DNA of 20,000 nt from IMG/VR virus record IMGVR_UViG_3300011211_000002. The stretch is one strand, 5' to 3'. Origin of the DNA: an uncultured virus (IMG/VR IMGVR_UViG_3300011211_000002) (taxonomy: Duplodnaviria; Heunggongvirae; Uroviricota; Caudoviricetes). Under the pieces are notes generated by a model. The model saw nothing but the letters and a program-made list of their open reading frames with translations, was not told where the DNA came from and did not search any database. How positions within the stretch are numbered: the stretch's first letter is position 1; the number at the start of each line of letters is the position of its first letter. The translations under genes were made by a program, and so were the position numbers. Shown here piece after piece: positions 1-9,182 of the stretch.

Positions 1-167
1 TGATTTTCTACAGCATAACTACTTCCACGATCCTTTAACTGCCCTATCATAATGTCTTTACTTTTAAACATTTTTTGTCCTTCTGATCTAGCGTCTATTT
101 TGCTATAAAATGTTTCATGTACCCATTCAATATCGTTTGCTTCTGTGAAAGTCCACTGATTATGCAT
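1..167 (-). CDS. Hypothetical protein, partial (MHNQWTFTEANDIEWVHETFYSK...), runs off the window
   Basis: GGAGG RBS at 176-180 (minus), ATG at 167, frame open to the window edge. Not in the ORF track. Confidence 0.75.
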   Translation of the reverse strand, partial: MHNQWTFTEANDIEWVHETFYSKIDARSEGQKMFKSKDIMIGQLKDRGSSYAVEN

Positions 168-208
168 TTCTAATACCTCCTAAATTTTAGTATTGTTTTC
201 TTCTTAGT

Positions 209-255
209 ATATTAACATTTCCTATTTTTTAGTTCAATATTAATATTATGTATTT
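209..255 (-). promoter_or_regulatory. Sigma-A promoter with upstream AAATACATAA element
   Basis: Minus strand TTGAAC (237-232), 17 bp spacer, TG-n-TAATAT (214-209). AAATACATAA at 255-246. Confidence 0.6.
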
Positions 256-263
256 AATTTATT

Positions 264-288
264 AAAAAGAGTAGAAATTAATCTACTC
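264..288 (-). terminator. Intrinsic terminator after the exonuclease gene
   Basis: GAGTAGA/TCTACTC stem (269-275/282-288) followed by TTTTT on the minus strand. Confidence 0.7.
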
Positions 289-345
289 CATAACACTATC
301 CATTAAAAGTAGCATCTGTATTGACAGTTTTAGACCCGTCAATCA

Positions 346-1104
346 TTATTCTATTTTTTTATGCTTCTCATCTATAGCTCGAACTATTTTTTCTTCTCTC
401 ATTTTATGATGACATGTTAAGCATATATTTGATGGTATTCGTGTATAGTCTCCTCTTTCTCTTTTATTTTTCCAAGGATTATTCTTTCTCATTGAATTAA
501 TTGGTTTATTTTCATTGCATATTTTACATTTTTTATATAACTTACATGTTTTGAATTCATATGGATTACTGTAGAATGTTATCTTCTTTAATTTTGATAA
601 CTCTTGTAAGACTATAGTAGTATTCCATGCATCATCTATGGCACTATGGATTACCCCTTCATATTGCCTGTTGAATATATCCATCGCTGTTGTAACACTA
701 GGATGACTTTCTAATTCGAAATAGCTTGTAAAATTTTCTTGTAAGTCACAGTAATTTTTAAGCCATCTATTAAAGTCAAATCTTTCTAGTTCATAATGGT
801 CAAATAATATATTTAAATCACTTTTAGACCAAAAAACTAAAATGTAATCGTCTGTTCCGATCCATTTTATGAATTCGTCATTAACTGTATGTATATCATT
901 AGCATTTACAATATCCTGCCTATTTTGATTCATTAAATACTCATTAGACATAAGCCGTTTAAATTTAGGTTTAACAAATTTATTGAATGTATCTTTTATC
1001 TCCATCGATGCATCTAACTTCACAGCTCCAACCTCTACAATCGACGACTGTTTACTTCTCCAGTTCTTTTTAGTCGCTTCTAAGTCCACAATAACATATA
1101 TCAT
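346..1104 (-). CDS. DEDDh 3'-5' exonuclease (KapD/ERI-1/DnaQ-like) with C-terminal Cys4 zinc-ribbon
   Basis: ExoI VDLEAT, IVEVGAVK, FNKFVKP, ExoII WSKSD, ExoIII HSAIDDAWNT. C-terminal CKIC...CLTC. GAGGTG RBS. Confidence 0.88.
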   Translation of the reverse strand: MIYVIVDLEATKKNWRSKQSSIVEVGAVKLDASMEIKDTFNKFVKPKFKRLMSNEYLMNQNRQDIVNANDIHTVNDEFIKWIGTDDYILVFWSKSDLNILFDHYELERFDFNRWLKNYCDLQENFTSYFELESHPSVTTAMDIFNRQYEGVIHSAIDDAWNTTIVLQELSKLKKITFYSNPYEFKTCKLYKKCKICNENKPINSMRKNNPWKNKRERGDYTRIPSNICLTCHHKMREEKIVRAIDEKHKKIE

Positions 1105-1237
1105 ACATAGTTCACCTCATGTAAATTATATGTAATTCGTAAATGAAGTATTCATTTAGCATAACTTTTCTAATTCAGCATATAAAATTATAATGGTTTA
1201 AATTCTAATATTTTTAGAAATAATTATATACAAGGAT

Positions 1238-1795
1238 GTGATTATTTTGAACGTACTTAATCAAGAAGATTTAGATAAAGAAATGTTAGAGAAATATAAT
1301 TTAAATAATTGTGTAAATTCAACCACAATCAAAGAAAGTATCTATGTTAGATTGGTTGCATACGCATTGATATTGGCTTCTGGGTATATGATGAAAATTG
1401 AATTTTTCAATTATCCATTATCTTTTAATAAAACATTTATATTTGTAATTTTATCTTATTTATTAATTATTCCTACACATGAAATGTTACATTATCTTCC
1501 TTTTAAAATACTTAAGTATGATCCAAAATTAAATTTACTAAATAATACAATCGATGGAGCAATAAAAAGAGAAGATTTAATGATCATTTCAATATCACCA
1601 TTAATTATTATCTCTACCTTTTTGGTTGCTCTAATGACCATTTTCACTTCTTATACTCCTATATTTTTACTGATACTTGGAATTCACTTACTTACTTGTA
1701 TTAATGATTTAGCTCAATTTAGCATAGCGAAGAAATTCCAAAAGGGTTGTTATATAGGAGTTGCTAACAAAACTGAGTACAGAGGATATTTATAA
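1238..1795 (+). CDS. Membrane zincin-like metallopeptidase (DUF3267-like)
   Basis: About four hydrophobic segments, HEMLH (HExxH) after TM2, downstream SPL and CIND motifs. True start may be TTG 1247. Confidence 0.7.
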   Translation: MIILNVLNQEDLDKEMLEKYNLNNCVNSTTIKESIYVRLVAYALILASGYMMKIEFFNYPLSFNKTFIFVILSYLLIIPTHEMLHYLPFKILKYDPKLNLLNNTIDGAIKREDLMIISISPLIIISTFLVALMTIFTSYTPIFLLILGIHLLTCINDLAQFSIAKKFQKGCYIGVANKTEYRGYL

Positions 1796-1811
1796 ATTCT
1801 GTACTCAGTTT
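1770..1811. terminator. Probable bidirectional terminator between convergent genes
   Basis: Perfect 14-bp inverted repeat AAACTGAGTACAGA (1770-1783) / TCTGTACTCAGTTT (1798-1811). Confidence 0.7.
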
Positions 1812-1830
1812 ATACTTCATTAGTTCTTCT

Positions 1831-2034
1831 TCAATAATCATCGTCATCAAAAATTATTACCTTATTTTTTGTATCAGTAATCATTTGAATTCGTTCATTA
1901 AAAATAATTTCTACATCATTGTCTAATTTAATAGTTACATCGTCTATCATTTCCAAAGCAATTGGTTTGATTTTATGTGTTATTAAATATTCATCATAAT
2001 TAACCCAATGTGTCACTTCATATGTATTCATCAT
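1831..2034 (-). CDS. Hypothetical phage protein
   Basis: 67-aa ORF with AAGGAG RBS, co-oriented with the operon. Confidence 0.75.
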   Translation of the reverse strand: MMNTYEVTHWVNYDEYLITHKIKPIALEMIDDVTIKLDNDVEIIFNERIQMITDTKNKVIIFDDDDY

Positions 2035-2082
2035 AATTCTCCTTTTTATAATACGAATCTTTTATATAACCATTAAATTTTG

Positions 2083-2862
2083 TTATCCTAAGTACTGCAA
2101 CGAGTCACTCTTACATTTAGGATAACGTGTTTCTTTCTTAGTGTTATAACCACCATCATTCGATAATTTTTCATCAGCTTCTTGTTCTGTTGGAAGTTTT
2201 AAAGCTGTACTATACCCACATTCCTGATTTATACAAACATAATTGCCTTTCGGATCATTATCCATATCTTCTTTGTTCAATTGTTCGCCCATCTGCAATA
2301 GTAAATTTCTAAATGGTACAAAATCACCATAATTAGAGTATCCTGCTGAATATGTATATGTACGTGGAAAACGTAAATTATGTCGTTGATACTCAATGTA
2401 TCGTTTAGCCTCATCAAGAATAAAGAAATATGCTACTGGCTCATAATACTCTTGTATCCATGATATAGCAGTTACTTCGACTCTATAAGCTTCAAAGTAG
2501 TCTTTGTAGCTACAAATAGAATGTTCTTCTCCATCCACTCCTTCAATATCTTTTAAATAGGCTTCATCAAAACTAATTACATTAGCACCTTCAATATCGT
2601 TATCGTCTAAGTGATCATTAACTAATTCAACTTCATCTGTATACCAACTTTCATGCGCATCATCAGCACAGAATTCAATTGGTAGACCTCCAAACCAATC
2701 AGTTAAATCTTCATGATACGGTATGTAATTCTTGCGTTTAGTTTGTACTACATGAAAAGCATCTCTGGTACACAAATTGTCTATTGCTCCTTCGTAATGC
2801 TTGCTTGCAAATTCTTTGAGAAACTTCTCTTGTTTTTCGTTTAAATCGATTGTGATTTCCAC
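2083..2862 (-). CDS. Hypothetical acidic phage protein with degenerate C-terminal zinc-ribbon
   Basis: 259 aa, GGGGAG RBS with GTG start. CINQEC...YPKC tail. Confidence 0.8.
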   Translation of the reverse strand: MEITIDLNEKQEKFLKEFASKHYEGAIDNLCTRDAFHVVQTKRKNYIPYHEDLTDWFGGLPIEFCADDAHESWYTDEVELVNDHLDDNDIEGANVISFDEAYLKDIEGVDGEEHSICSYKDYFEAYRVEVTAISWIQEYYEPVAYFFILDEAKRYIEYQRHNLRFPRTYTYSAGYSNYGDFVPFRNLLLQMGEQLNKEDMDNDPKGNYVCINQECGYSTALKLPTEQEADEKLSNDGGYNTKKETRYPKCKSDSLQYLG

Positions 2863-2902
2863 TAAATCTCCCCTTTTTTCATTTTATAATATAAGCACTT
2901 TA

Positions 2903-3169
2903 TTAAATTCTTTTAGGTTGTTCATTCCATAGCGTCAGCTCATCGCTTGGTATTTCACTAAAATCATTTGGCAAATCTCCACCATATTCATCTACATAAT
3001 TGTCCGTTACTTCATAGGTAGCAAATGAACCATCTAATTCTTTTTCATTGATCAAACTTAAAAACGCTAAATTACTTATGTTATGTCCTGCTGTATAGAT
3101 TTTGTCATTAAAATACAACCATGCATAATCTCCTCGTTCCGCATACACTAATTTAATCTGCGTCATCAT
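2903..3169 (-). CDS. Hypothetical acidic phage protein
   Basis: 88-aa ORF with AAGGAG RBS. Confidence 0.78.
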   Translation of the reverse strand: MMTQIKLVYAERGDYAWLYFNDKIYTAGHNISNLAFLSLINEKELDGSFATYEVTDNYVDEYGGDLPNDFSEIPSDELTLWNEQPKRI

Positions 3170-3198
3170 TATCTCTCCTTCTATATAAAATGAACATA

Positions 3199-3711
3199 TT
3201 AATCAATTTTTAACATTACGGTTACATTCTCGTTCACACCAAAATGATATGTATATTTATATCCTCGAATATCCCATTTATCTTTTGAATCTTTGTATGT
3301 TACTTTTACAAATGTATATTTATTTATCTTATCGAATTCAACCATGACCATTTTAAAGAAAACCTCATTAACATCCTTACGATCTAATGCCCTACCTACA
3401 TTTCTTGCTTTAGAATTAAATTTTGTAAAGTACTCAATGGCTCTATATGGATCAATATATTCTTCTCGATTTACATAATCAGCAATAATTACGTATGCAT
3501 CATTGCTATAGCTGCTTTTACATAAGCGTCTATAAATATCTTTTGAAAGCAACTTTGCAACATATTCTGGGGTCGCTTTTTTCTTCAATCGTCTATATTT
3601 ATATTTCTCGAATTTATCAATCGCCCATGCTAACGGATGCATGATTTTGTAATATGTATTGAGCGATTTTGATTTAAAATTTTTTATCTTCTTGTATGTT
3701 GACGGCTTCAA
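3199..3711 (-). CDS. Hypothetical basic phage protein
   Basis: 170 aa, AAGGAG RBS with TTG start. Confidence 0.78.
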   Translation of the reverse strand: MKPSTYKKIKNFKSKSLNTYYKIMHPLAWAIDKFEKYKYRRLKKKATPEYVAKLLSKDIYRRLCKSSYSNDAYVIIADYVNREEYIDPYRAIEYFTKFNSKARNVGRALDRKDVNEVFFKMVMVEFDKINKYTFVKVTYKDSKDKWDIRGYKYTYHFGVNENVTVMLKID

Positions 3712-3760
3712 TTAATCACTCCTTTTCATTTTATGTATTTGTTTGAATAATAAATCACTT

Positions 3761-4141
3761 TTATTTAAATATAGATGTTAAACCAATGATATAGTCTGTC
3801 TTTGTAATAAATACTTGGTATTCTTCTGTGTGAGTATAATCGTCGTCAGAACTCATATCCAATTCATTATTATCGCCATCTAATTTAACTTTTCTTTTTA
3901 ATTCCCAACCATTTTCATTTTCTGTACAATCAAACTGTCTAATTGCACAATGAATTGATTCTAGTCGTTTTAATACAGTTTCTTTTAATTCGTTTTTATT
4001 CCTAATGTGAATCTCTTCACCCAAATAAACTGTAATGTCGCTTATTAGTCTATAATAATATGAATCATTGCCGTTCTTGTCTTTATATATCTCTCTTATA
4101 TCTGCATAGTACGCTCCTATATATGCTTTTTCTCCATACAT
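3761..4141 (-). CDS. Hypothetical phage protein
   Basis: 126 aa, GAGGAG RBS. Confidence 0.78.
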   Translation of the reverse strand: MYGEKAYIGAYYADIREIYKDKNGNDSYYYRLISDITVYLGEEIHIRNKNELKETVLKRLESIHCAIRQFDCTENENGWELKRKVKLDGDNNELDMSSDDDYTHTEEYQVFITKTDYIIGLTSIFK

Positions 4142-4190
4142 ATTTTTCGTCTCCTCTTCTATAATATTCAGTTTTTATTTAATCCTATAT

Positions 4191-4667
4191 TTAACTTTCT
4201 TCGATAATATCTTTTATTGCATTATGTACTGATTCAATATCTTTAAATGTGGACAGATACACAAGAGTATCCATATGTTCTTCTGTCAAACTAATAATCT
4301 CTTTACCATTTCTAATTAAATGTTCAACCTGATTATTGATAATGATATCCAATTCTTTAAATCGTTTCATCATTTCAGGTAAAATTAAATGAATTGCAGC
4401 GTCATTATATGTACTTATTCTATATGGTTTATGACATTGCGAAATATAGTACTCAGCTTGTTCAAGTAATGTTTCGTCTGTTAATTTAGGATAAATATCA
4501 TTTCGAGCGTATGAATTCATTCTAAAAGTTTGATATTCGTCTGGTGAAATACTCTTGTCACCAAATTCAGATACATGTTTCTGTGATCCATCATCAAATA
4601 ATACGTACTTCAATTCATTTTCTTGCTTCAGTTTTTCTACATACTCTTTTGGTAATTCAAATCCCAT
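4191..4667 (-). CDS. Hypothetical phage protein
   Basis: 158 aa, AGGAG RBS. Confidence 0.78.
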   Translation of the reverse strand: MGFELPKEYVEKLKQENELKYVLFDDGSQKHVSEFGDKSISPDEYQTFRMNSYARNDIYPKLTDETLLEQAEYYISQCHKPYRISTYNDAAIHLILPEMMKRFKELDIIINNQVEHLIRNGKEIISLTEEHMDTLVYLSTFKDIESVHNAIKDIIEES

Positions 4668-5019
4668 CTACATCGTCTCCTACCTTTCGATAATATCTAT
4701 CTTTTATGTAATTTTTAAAATAGAATCCAATTGTTTTGAACTGTATTAAACTCTTTCTTGACACTTTATATATCAATTTAACTTAAGCTCTCTATTAATT
4801 AATAGCGCCTTAATTCATTAGTAAAGCCAAATGCAATTATTATATAAGTTCAATTACCAGTATCGTTAAAGCGAATCACCATTAAAGGTTGCATAAATCT
4901 TTGTATATAAAGAATAAGATATTAAGATACATAATATACAGTATTTACGATTTATAATTTCACCTTTTCAGGTAAAATTCCAATCGTGAAAATTTTCCTC
5001 TTCTATCTTCCTTCACTAT

Positions 5020-5640
5020 TCATAGCTTATGTAAATTTACACTATAATGATTATTAAACTTTTCTAATCCACTATCTCCAAATGGATCATATTCTGCTTT
5101 GTGTTTAGTGATAGTAAGTAGTTTTTCTTTTGTTAACAATTTATTGTACTTTGTAACAGAAAAATTACTTATCCCTAAATCAATTTGAATAGTTTCATAG
5201 CTTGGATAACAAAACTGCTTTGACATATTACTTCTATTAATATAAGACTCGTAGTAATACATTAATCTAAATCCAATTAAACCTATATTATCGATTGATT
5301 TTAATAGCTCTAAAGGTAACTGTGTAAAGTAATCACTCTTATAAGGCTCTAACATTATAAATCGTAATGGTTTATTAATTGGCAGCTTATCTATTTGATT
5401 CTTAATTAAGCCTTGATTATGTAAATTTAAAAAACACTTCTTGAGAGTTCTATTATCTGTGATCCCTGTTACAACTTTTATATCTCTAAGTAAAACATCT
5501 ATTTCGCTATTATTGAACGCTTTAAACTTCTTATAAAGTAAATAAGCATATACTGCAAATGATTTCTCATCAAGATTGAATCCTATATTTCTAACTATTT
5601 CCGTTGGCACTTGAAGCCATAATTTAGTTTTATCACTCAT
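5020..5640 (-). CDS. Tandem winged-helix DNA-binding protein (HTH_36 / phage replication-initiator-like)
   Basis: Two internally similar halves (WLQVP...VYAYL...LHNQGLIK and FTQLP...LMYYY...LTKEKLLTI). FCYPSYETIQIDLGIS and the terminal NHYSV are typical of HTH_36-like domains. Confidence 0.65.
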   Translation of the reverse strand: MSDKTKLWLQVPTEIVRNIGFNLDEKSFAVYAYLLYKKFKAFNNSEIDVLLRDIKVVTGITDNRTLKKCFLNLHNQGLIKNQIDKLPINKPLRFIMLEPYKSDYFTQLPLELLKSIDNIGLIGFRLMYYYESYINRSNMSKQFCYPSYETIQIDLGISNFSVTKYNKLLTKEKLLTITKHKAEYDPFGDSGLEKFNNHYSVNLHKL

Positions 5641-5730
5641 TCAACTTTTACCCTTTATGTATATTATTTATTAATAATTAGGATGCCTCCAATCCATGTT
5701 ATACAATAATACGTAATACCAACGAAATAA

Positions 5731-5964
5731 TTAGTAACGATTTTTCTCCCATATTTCGGTTATTTTATCATTGTCATCTATACCGAAGTCAAATATCATT
5801 CCGCAATTATCACACTCTAGATATTCTGGCATCCCATAAGTTTTGTCCATACTAAGCTCAATTCTTTTAGAAATAGTACCTTTCTTTGTTATTTTGCGAT
5901 GTTCTGCAATACATTTTTCTCGATATAAAAATAAACTGCCAATTTTACAATTTGGGCATTTCAA
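5731..5964 (-). CDS. Small zinc-ribbon protein
   Basis: CPNC...CDNC. GAGGTG RBS with TTG start. Confidence 0.75.
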   Translation of the reverse strand: MKCPNCKIGSLFLYREKCIAEHRKITKKGTISKRIELSMDKTYGMPEYLECDNCGMIFDFGIDDNDKITEIWEKNRY

Positions 5965-6017
5965 ATTATCACCTCATCTTCTTTGCAATTTTAAATTTAA
6001 TAATAGATGTGTTTTAT

Positions 6018-6230
6018 CTAATACCTATTCATTACTTTTCCGTCAACTTCAAAAGTTAATTTAAAATGTTCTCCTTCGCCATGCCAAGATTTATCATCAA
6101 ACTTTTTTGATTCCACTAGTGAATAGATTATCTCACTAATATCTAGCTTTTCACCATTCATATCAATTAAATACCAATAATCTTGACTATCATCATAATA
6201 TAAACGACCTTCTAACAATTTATTCCTCAT
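6018..6230 (-). CDS. Hypothetical phage protein
   Basis: 70-aa ORF bounded on both sides by the ATAAWA-N6-TWTTAT element. Start uncertain. Confidence 0.7.
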   Translation of the reverse strand: MRNKLLEGRLYYDDSQDYWYLIDMNGEKLDISEIIYSLVESKKFDDKSWHGEGEHFKLTFEVDGKVMNRY

Positions 6231-6291
6231 CCTTTCAATAATAGTTCTATTTTATCTACTGATAGCAACACCTTTAACAAACTACAATCAT

Positions 6292-6579
6292 TTAATCAAT
6301 TGTAATCAAACCATCTTTTGTACTTTTAAGTCCTAATTTCTTTAATATTGCATTTAACTGTGCTCTATACCTAGCCTTCAATTTAATCTGTGTTTCTTTA
6401 TCCTCAAAATAGTCATTTTCATACTTAGACAACCAGTAAGTGGCCTCACTCATTGGCAATTCCTTAATTACTAACATATTTATTGCACGTAATCGATTAC
6501 TGAATTCCTGATTAGTTAAGCCTTTATTTTTATAGTAATCCGAAACAACTTTATAAATTACTTCTTCAGAAAACTCCAT
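6292..6579 (-). CDS. Hypothetical helical protein immediately downstream of the XRE gene
   Basis: ORF track gives 6292-6621. A better start is ATG 6579 (MEFSEE) with AAGGTG RBS. Confidence 0.7.
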   Translation of the reverse strand: MEFSEEVIYKVVSDYYKNKGLTNQEFSNRLRAINMLVIKELPMSEATYWLSKYENDYFEDKETQIKLKARYRAQLNAILKKLGLKSTKDGLITID

Positions 6580-6604
6580 GAAAATACACCTTCTTATATT
6601 ATCC

Positions 6605-6964
6605 TCAATTTTTGTATGCATCTGTTAAACCTTGAGCATAAGCTAATAATTTTATTTTAGATTCATCAATTTTCTCTTCTGGTACAGCTTTAATAATTTC
6701 TAAAAGTTCTGCCATACATTCATTTGCTGCTATTGCATTCTTTTGTTCATTTCTCCCTAACAGATAGTCTATAGAAACATCAAAAAAATCGGCTATATTG
6801 ATTAACGTTTCTAGCGTAGGTTGTTTTGTACCGTTTTCATATGCGGTATAGGAAGTCCTTGCTACATTCAATTTGTCAGCAACAAAACCTTGAGTCCAAT
6901 CCTTATTAGTAATTTTCATTTCTTCTCTTAACTTCTTGAGTCTCGCTGCTAATATAACCACCAT
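6605..6964 (-). CDS. XRE-family HTH transcriptional regulator
   Basis: RLKKLR...WTQGFVADKLNVARTSYTAYENGTKQPTLETLINIADFFDVSIDYLLGR is a canonical HTH_3. ATG 6964 follows GAGGGTGGTG. Confidence 0.93.
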   Translation of the reverse strand: MVVILAARLKKLREEMKITNKDWTQGFVADKLNVARTSYTAYENGTKQPTLETLINIADFFDVSIDYLLGRNEQKNAIAANECMAELLEIIKAVPEEKIDESKIKLLAYAQGLTDAYKN

Positions 6965-7003
6965 AATCACCACCCTCGTTTTACCTTTAATAATAACTTC
7001 ATT

Positions 7004-7531
7004 TTATTTACGCAAACCATCTATTACTCTTTTGTGGTACTCAATATCCTCTTCCTCTACATCAAATACAACTTTCTGATCAACATATTCGTCAAATAAT
7101 GAAGAATCAAACTTTTCACTCCATCCTATTAAAAACACCTTTTTACATCCCTTATCAAAGATATTTGTTATTGACTTCGTATTTACGCCCTTTTGATTAA
7201 TCATCGAGTCTATAGGATAAATGATTGTGTAATCTAGTTTGTTAGGCGAGTTCTTCCATGTCTTACTATCAATAGAGTCGAAATAAATATCATTAGAACC
7301 AAATTCATAAGGAGTACCAGTTTTAAAGTTATTACTGGCATTTAAAAATGTATCTAAATTTTTAAGTGTATTTGCTCTGAAAAGAATATTTTTATGTTCA
7401 GCCTCATTTCCTAAAATAGAAAGTACCAACTTATGCTTTTCATACATATGTGTACCCGTTAACAATAAACACCTTCTATCAGAATTAATAAAATCTATTA
7501 TCTGTTCTTTTGCTTTTTTTCTAGTATTCAT
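7004..7531 (-). CDS. Hypothetical alpha/beta protein resembling a degenerate P-loop NTPase domain
   Basis: AKEQIIDFINS...LLLTGTHMYEKH sits where a Walker A (LLLTGxxGxGKT) would lie. GAGGTG RBS. Confidence 0.7.
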   Translation of the reverse strand: MNTRKKAKEQIIDFINSDRRCLLLTGTHMYEKHKLVLSILGNEAEHKNILFRANTLKNLDTFLNASNNFKTGTPYEFGSNDIYFDSIDSKTWKNSPNKLDYTIIYPIDSMINQKGVNTKSITNIFDKGCKKVFLIGWSEKFDSSLFDEYVDQKVVFDVEEEDIEYHKRVIDGLRK

Positions 7532-7549
7532 GCAACTTCACCTCATAAT

Positions 7550-7867
7550 TTATTTCAATAACTTTTCAATTTTTAAAATGATCGATTCTAACTTAATTTT
7601 ATTTTCAGTTAAATTATTTTTGATAAGTACTAATTCCTCTTTTGAAAATAGTTCGATATCAGAAAAATCTATATCATCATTGCCTAATAAAAAATCTACA
7701 CTCACGTCAAGTTTCGATGATAATATCAAAAGCATGTCAATTGATGGAGTACTATACCCATTCTCATAATTACTAATTGTTGCTTTAGTTGTCGTTACTA
7801 ATTCAGCTAATTCTTCTTGAGTGTATTTTTTGTTTTTACGAGCAATTTTTAATCTTTTCTGGAACAT
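7550..7867 (-). CDS. XRE-family HTH transcriptional regulator
   Basis: RLKIARKNKKYTQEELAELVTTTKATISNYENGYSTPSIDML...VSVDFLLG. Confidence 0.93.
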   Translation of the reverse strand: MFQKRLKIARKNKKYTQEELAELVTTTKATISNYENGYSTPSIDMLLILSSKLDVSVDFLLGNDDIDFSDIELFSKEELVLIKNNLTENKIKLESIILKIEKLLK

Positions 7868-7924
7868 AATTCACCTTCTTCTATTACCCAGATTAGTAAA
7901 ATATTTTTTTTATTTTCACTTAAA

Positions 7925-8101
7925 TTACTTTTGTGAACCTTCATATTCCTTTATTTCACAATTCTCATTAGGTAAATTCAATTCTGCATAGCTTTCAGCT
8001 TCCTCTTTTGTTTCGAATAAGGTAGGTATTCTATGTTCAGTAATAATTGTCCCTGTTGTTGATTTAATTGCCCATTGATTTCCTATCTTTATAAAAAACA
8101 T
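7925..8101 (-). CDS. Hypothetical small protein
   Basis: ORF track gives 7925-8158. ATG 8101 (MFFIKIG) has an AGAGGA RBS and leaves the junction element at 8144-8161 intergenic. Confidence 0.7.
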   Translation of the reverse strand: MFFIKIGNQWAIKSTTGTIITEHRIPTLFETKEEAESYAELNLPNENCEIKEYEGSQK

Positions 8102-8167
8102 TATTATTCCTCTTTTCATTTTAATTTTAACTGCTATACATAAATAATAGACTTCCATTATCTAATC

Positions 8168-8764
8168 TTAATCAATTCCTAATTCAACTCTTTCATATTC
8201 TTTTTTACTTTGAATCATTTCAGACATACAGTCTTTATTAGCTATAGCTTCCTTATATACAGCTACAGCTTTTTCTTTAGAATCAAAGAATAAATGCTTA
8301 AATTTATCAATTTTTAAATCTAGGTAGCTGACTACATATTCACTATCAACCTCTAATTTTGAAATTAAAATTTCAGCTTCTTTTTCATCATCATCATCAT
8401 CATACTCTTCATCATCTGTATTTTCTTCTTCATTAAAACAAGCTAAATGTCGCTGTGGAACTAAATGAATTGAACCTGATGTATCTTCACATAAAGCCAT
8501 TCCATTATCGTATTTATAAATAACAATTAGCGTTGTATGCCCTTCAAGACCTTCATATGGCTCTTGAATTGTTGTTTCTATATCTAAGCATTCTTCCTCA
8601 ACAGAATGTATACCTAATCTCAATAGCTGATCACGATAATCCATTGAATCATCTAATATTACATCTATATCACTAGAAGACATACCTCTATCATCTAATT
8701 CATCATAAATATTATCTTCTATTTCTTTAAATTTTTTAATTATATCAAATATTTCTTTATCCAT
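8168..8764 (-). CDS. Highly acidic hypothetical protein
   Basis: 198 aa, rich in D/E including NEEENTDDEEYDDDDDEKE. AAGGAG RBS. Confidence 0.8.
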   Translation of the reverse strand: MDKEIFDIIKKFKEIEDNIYDELDDRGMSSSDIDVILDDSMDYRDQLLRLGIHSVEEECLDIETTIQEPYEGLEGHTTLIVIYKYDNGMALCEDTSGSIHLVPQRHLACFNEEENTDDEEYDDDDDEKEAEILISKLEVDSEYVVSYLDLKIDKFKHLFFDSKEKAVAVYKEAIANKDCMSEMIQSKKEYERVELGID

Positions 8765-8783
8765 TACTTACACTCCTTATTGA

Positions 8784-8858
8784 TTAATCTTCATCTCTTT
8801 CTAAGAATTTACTAATGAGATTATTTAATTCTTTACTCTCCATCACTCTATGAACCAT
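8784..8858 (-). CDS. Putative 24-aa micro-ORF (MVHRVMESKELNNLISKFLERDED)
   Basis: GAGAGGAAG RBS about 8-10 nt before ATG. Fills the gap between two operon genes. Confidence 0.4.
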   Translation of the reverse strand: MVHRVMESKELNNLISKFLERDED

Positions 8859-8892
8859 ACTTTTAACTTCCTCTCACCTTAAAGACTTCTTT

Positions 8893-9108
8893 TCACACTA
8901 GAGTTTGAGGTGTTTTCCCATCACCCTCTTTAATACTAGGTGCATTTTGAATAATGTTCATATTTTCTGATGAAACCAACACCTGACCAACAAGTTTGCC
9001 ATTTTTATACTGAAAAATCCATGTTCCTGTATCAAACTTTCTAAAATACGTTTTCATACCTTCTCTGTCTTCTAATTCACAATAACTCTCTAAAAACTCA
9101 CTTTTCAT
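8893..9108 (-). CDS. Hypothetical phage protein
   Basis: AAGGAGG RBS before ATG 9108 (MKSEFL). The ORF track start at 9132 is probably too long. Confidence 0.75.
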   Translation of the reverse strand: MKSEFLESYCELEDREGMKTYFRKFDTGTWIFQYKNGKLVGQVLVSSENMNIIQNAPSIKEGDGKTPQTLV

Positions 9109-9182
9109 TTTATCTTCCTCCTTAATATTCAATTAAAATACTTCTATTTTCTAATTATCATCCAATATGTAATATCTAAGCC

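Noticed and set aside
3293..7769. Plus-strand ORFs 3293-3478, 4555-4749, 5843-6064 and 7530-7769
   Set aside because: Antisense shadows of RBS-bearing minus-strand genes, with F/S/I/L-rich composition and no RBS.
8379..8432. (TCA)n trinucleotide run
   Set aside because: It simply encodes the poly-Asp/Glu linker of 8168-8764 and is not an independent repeat element.
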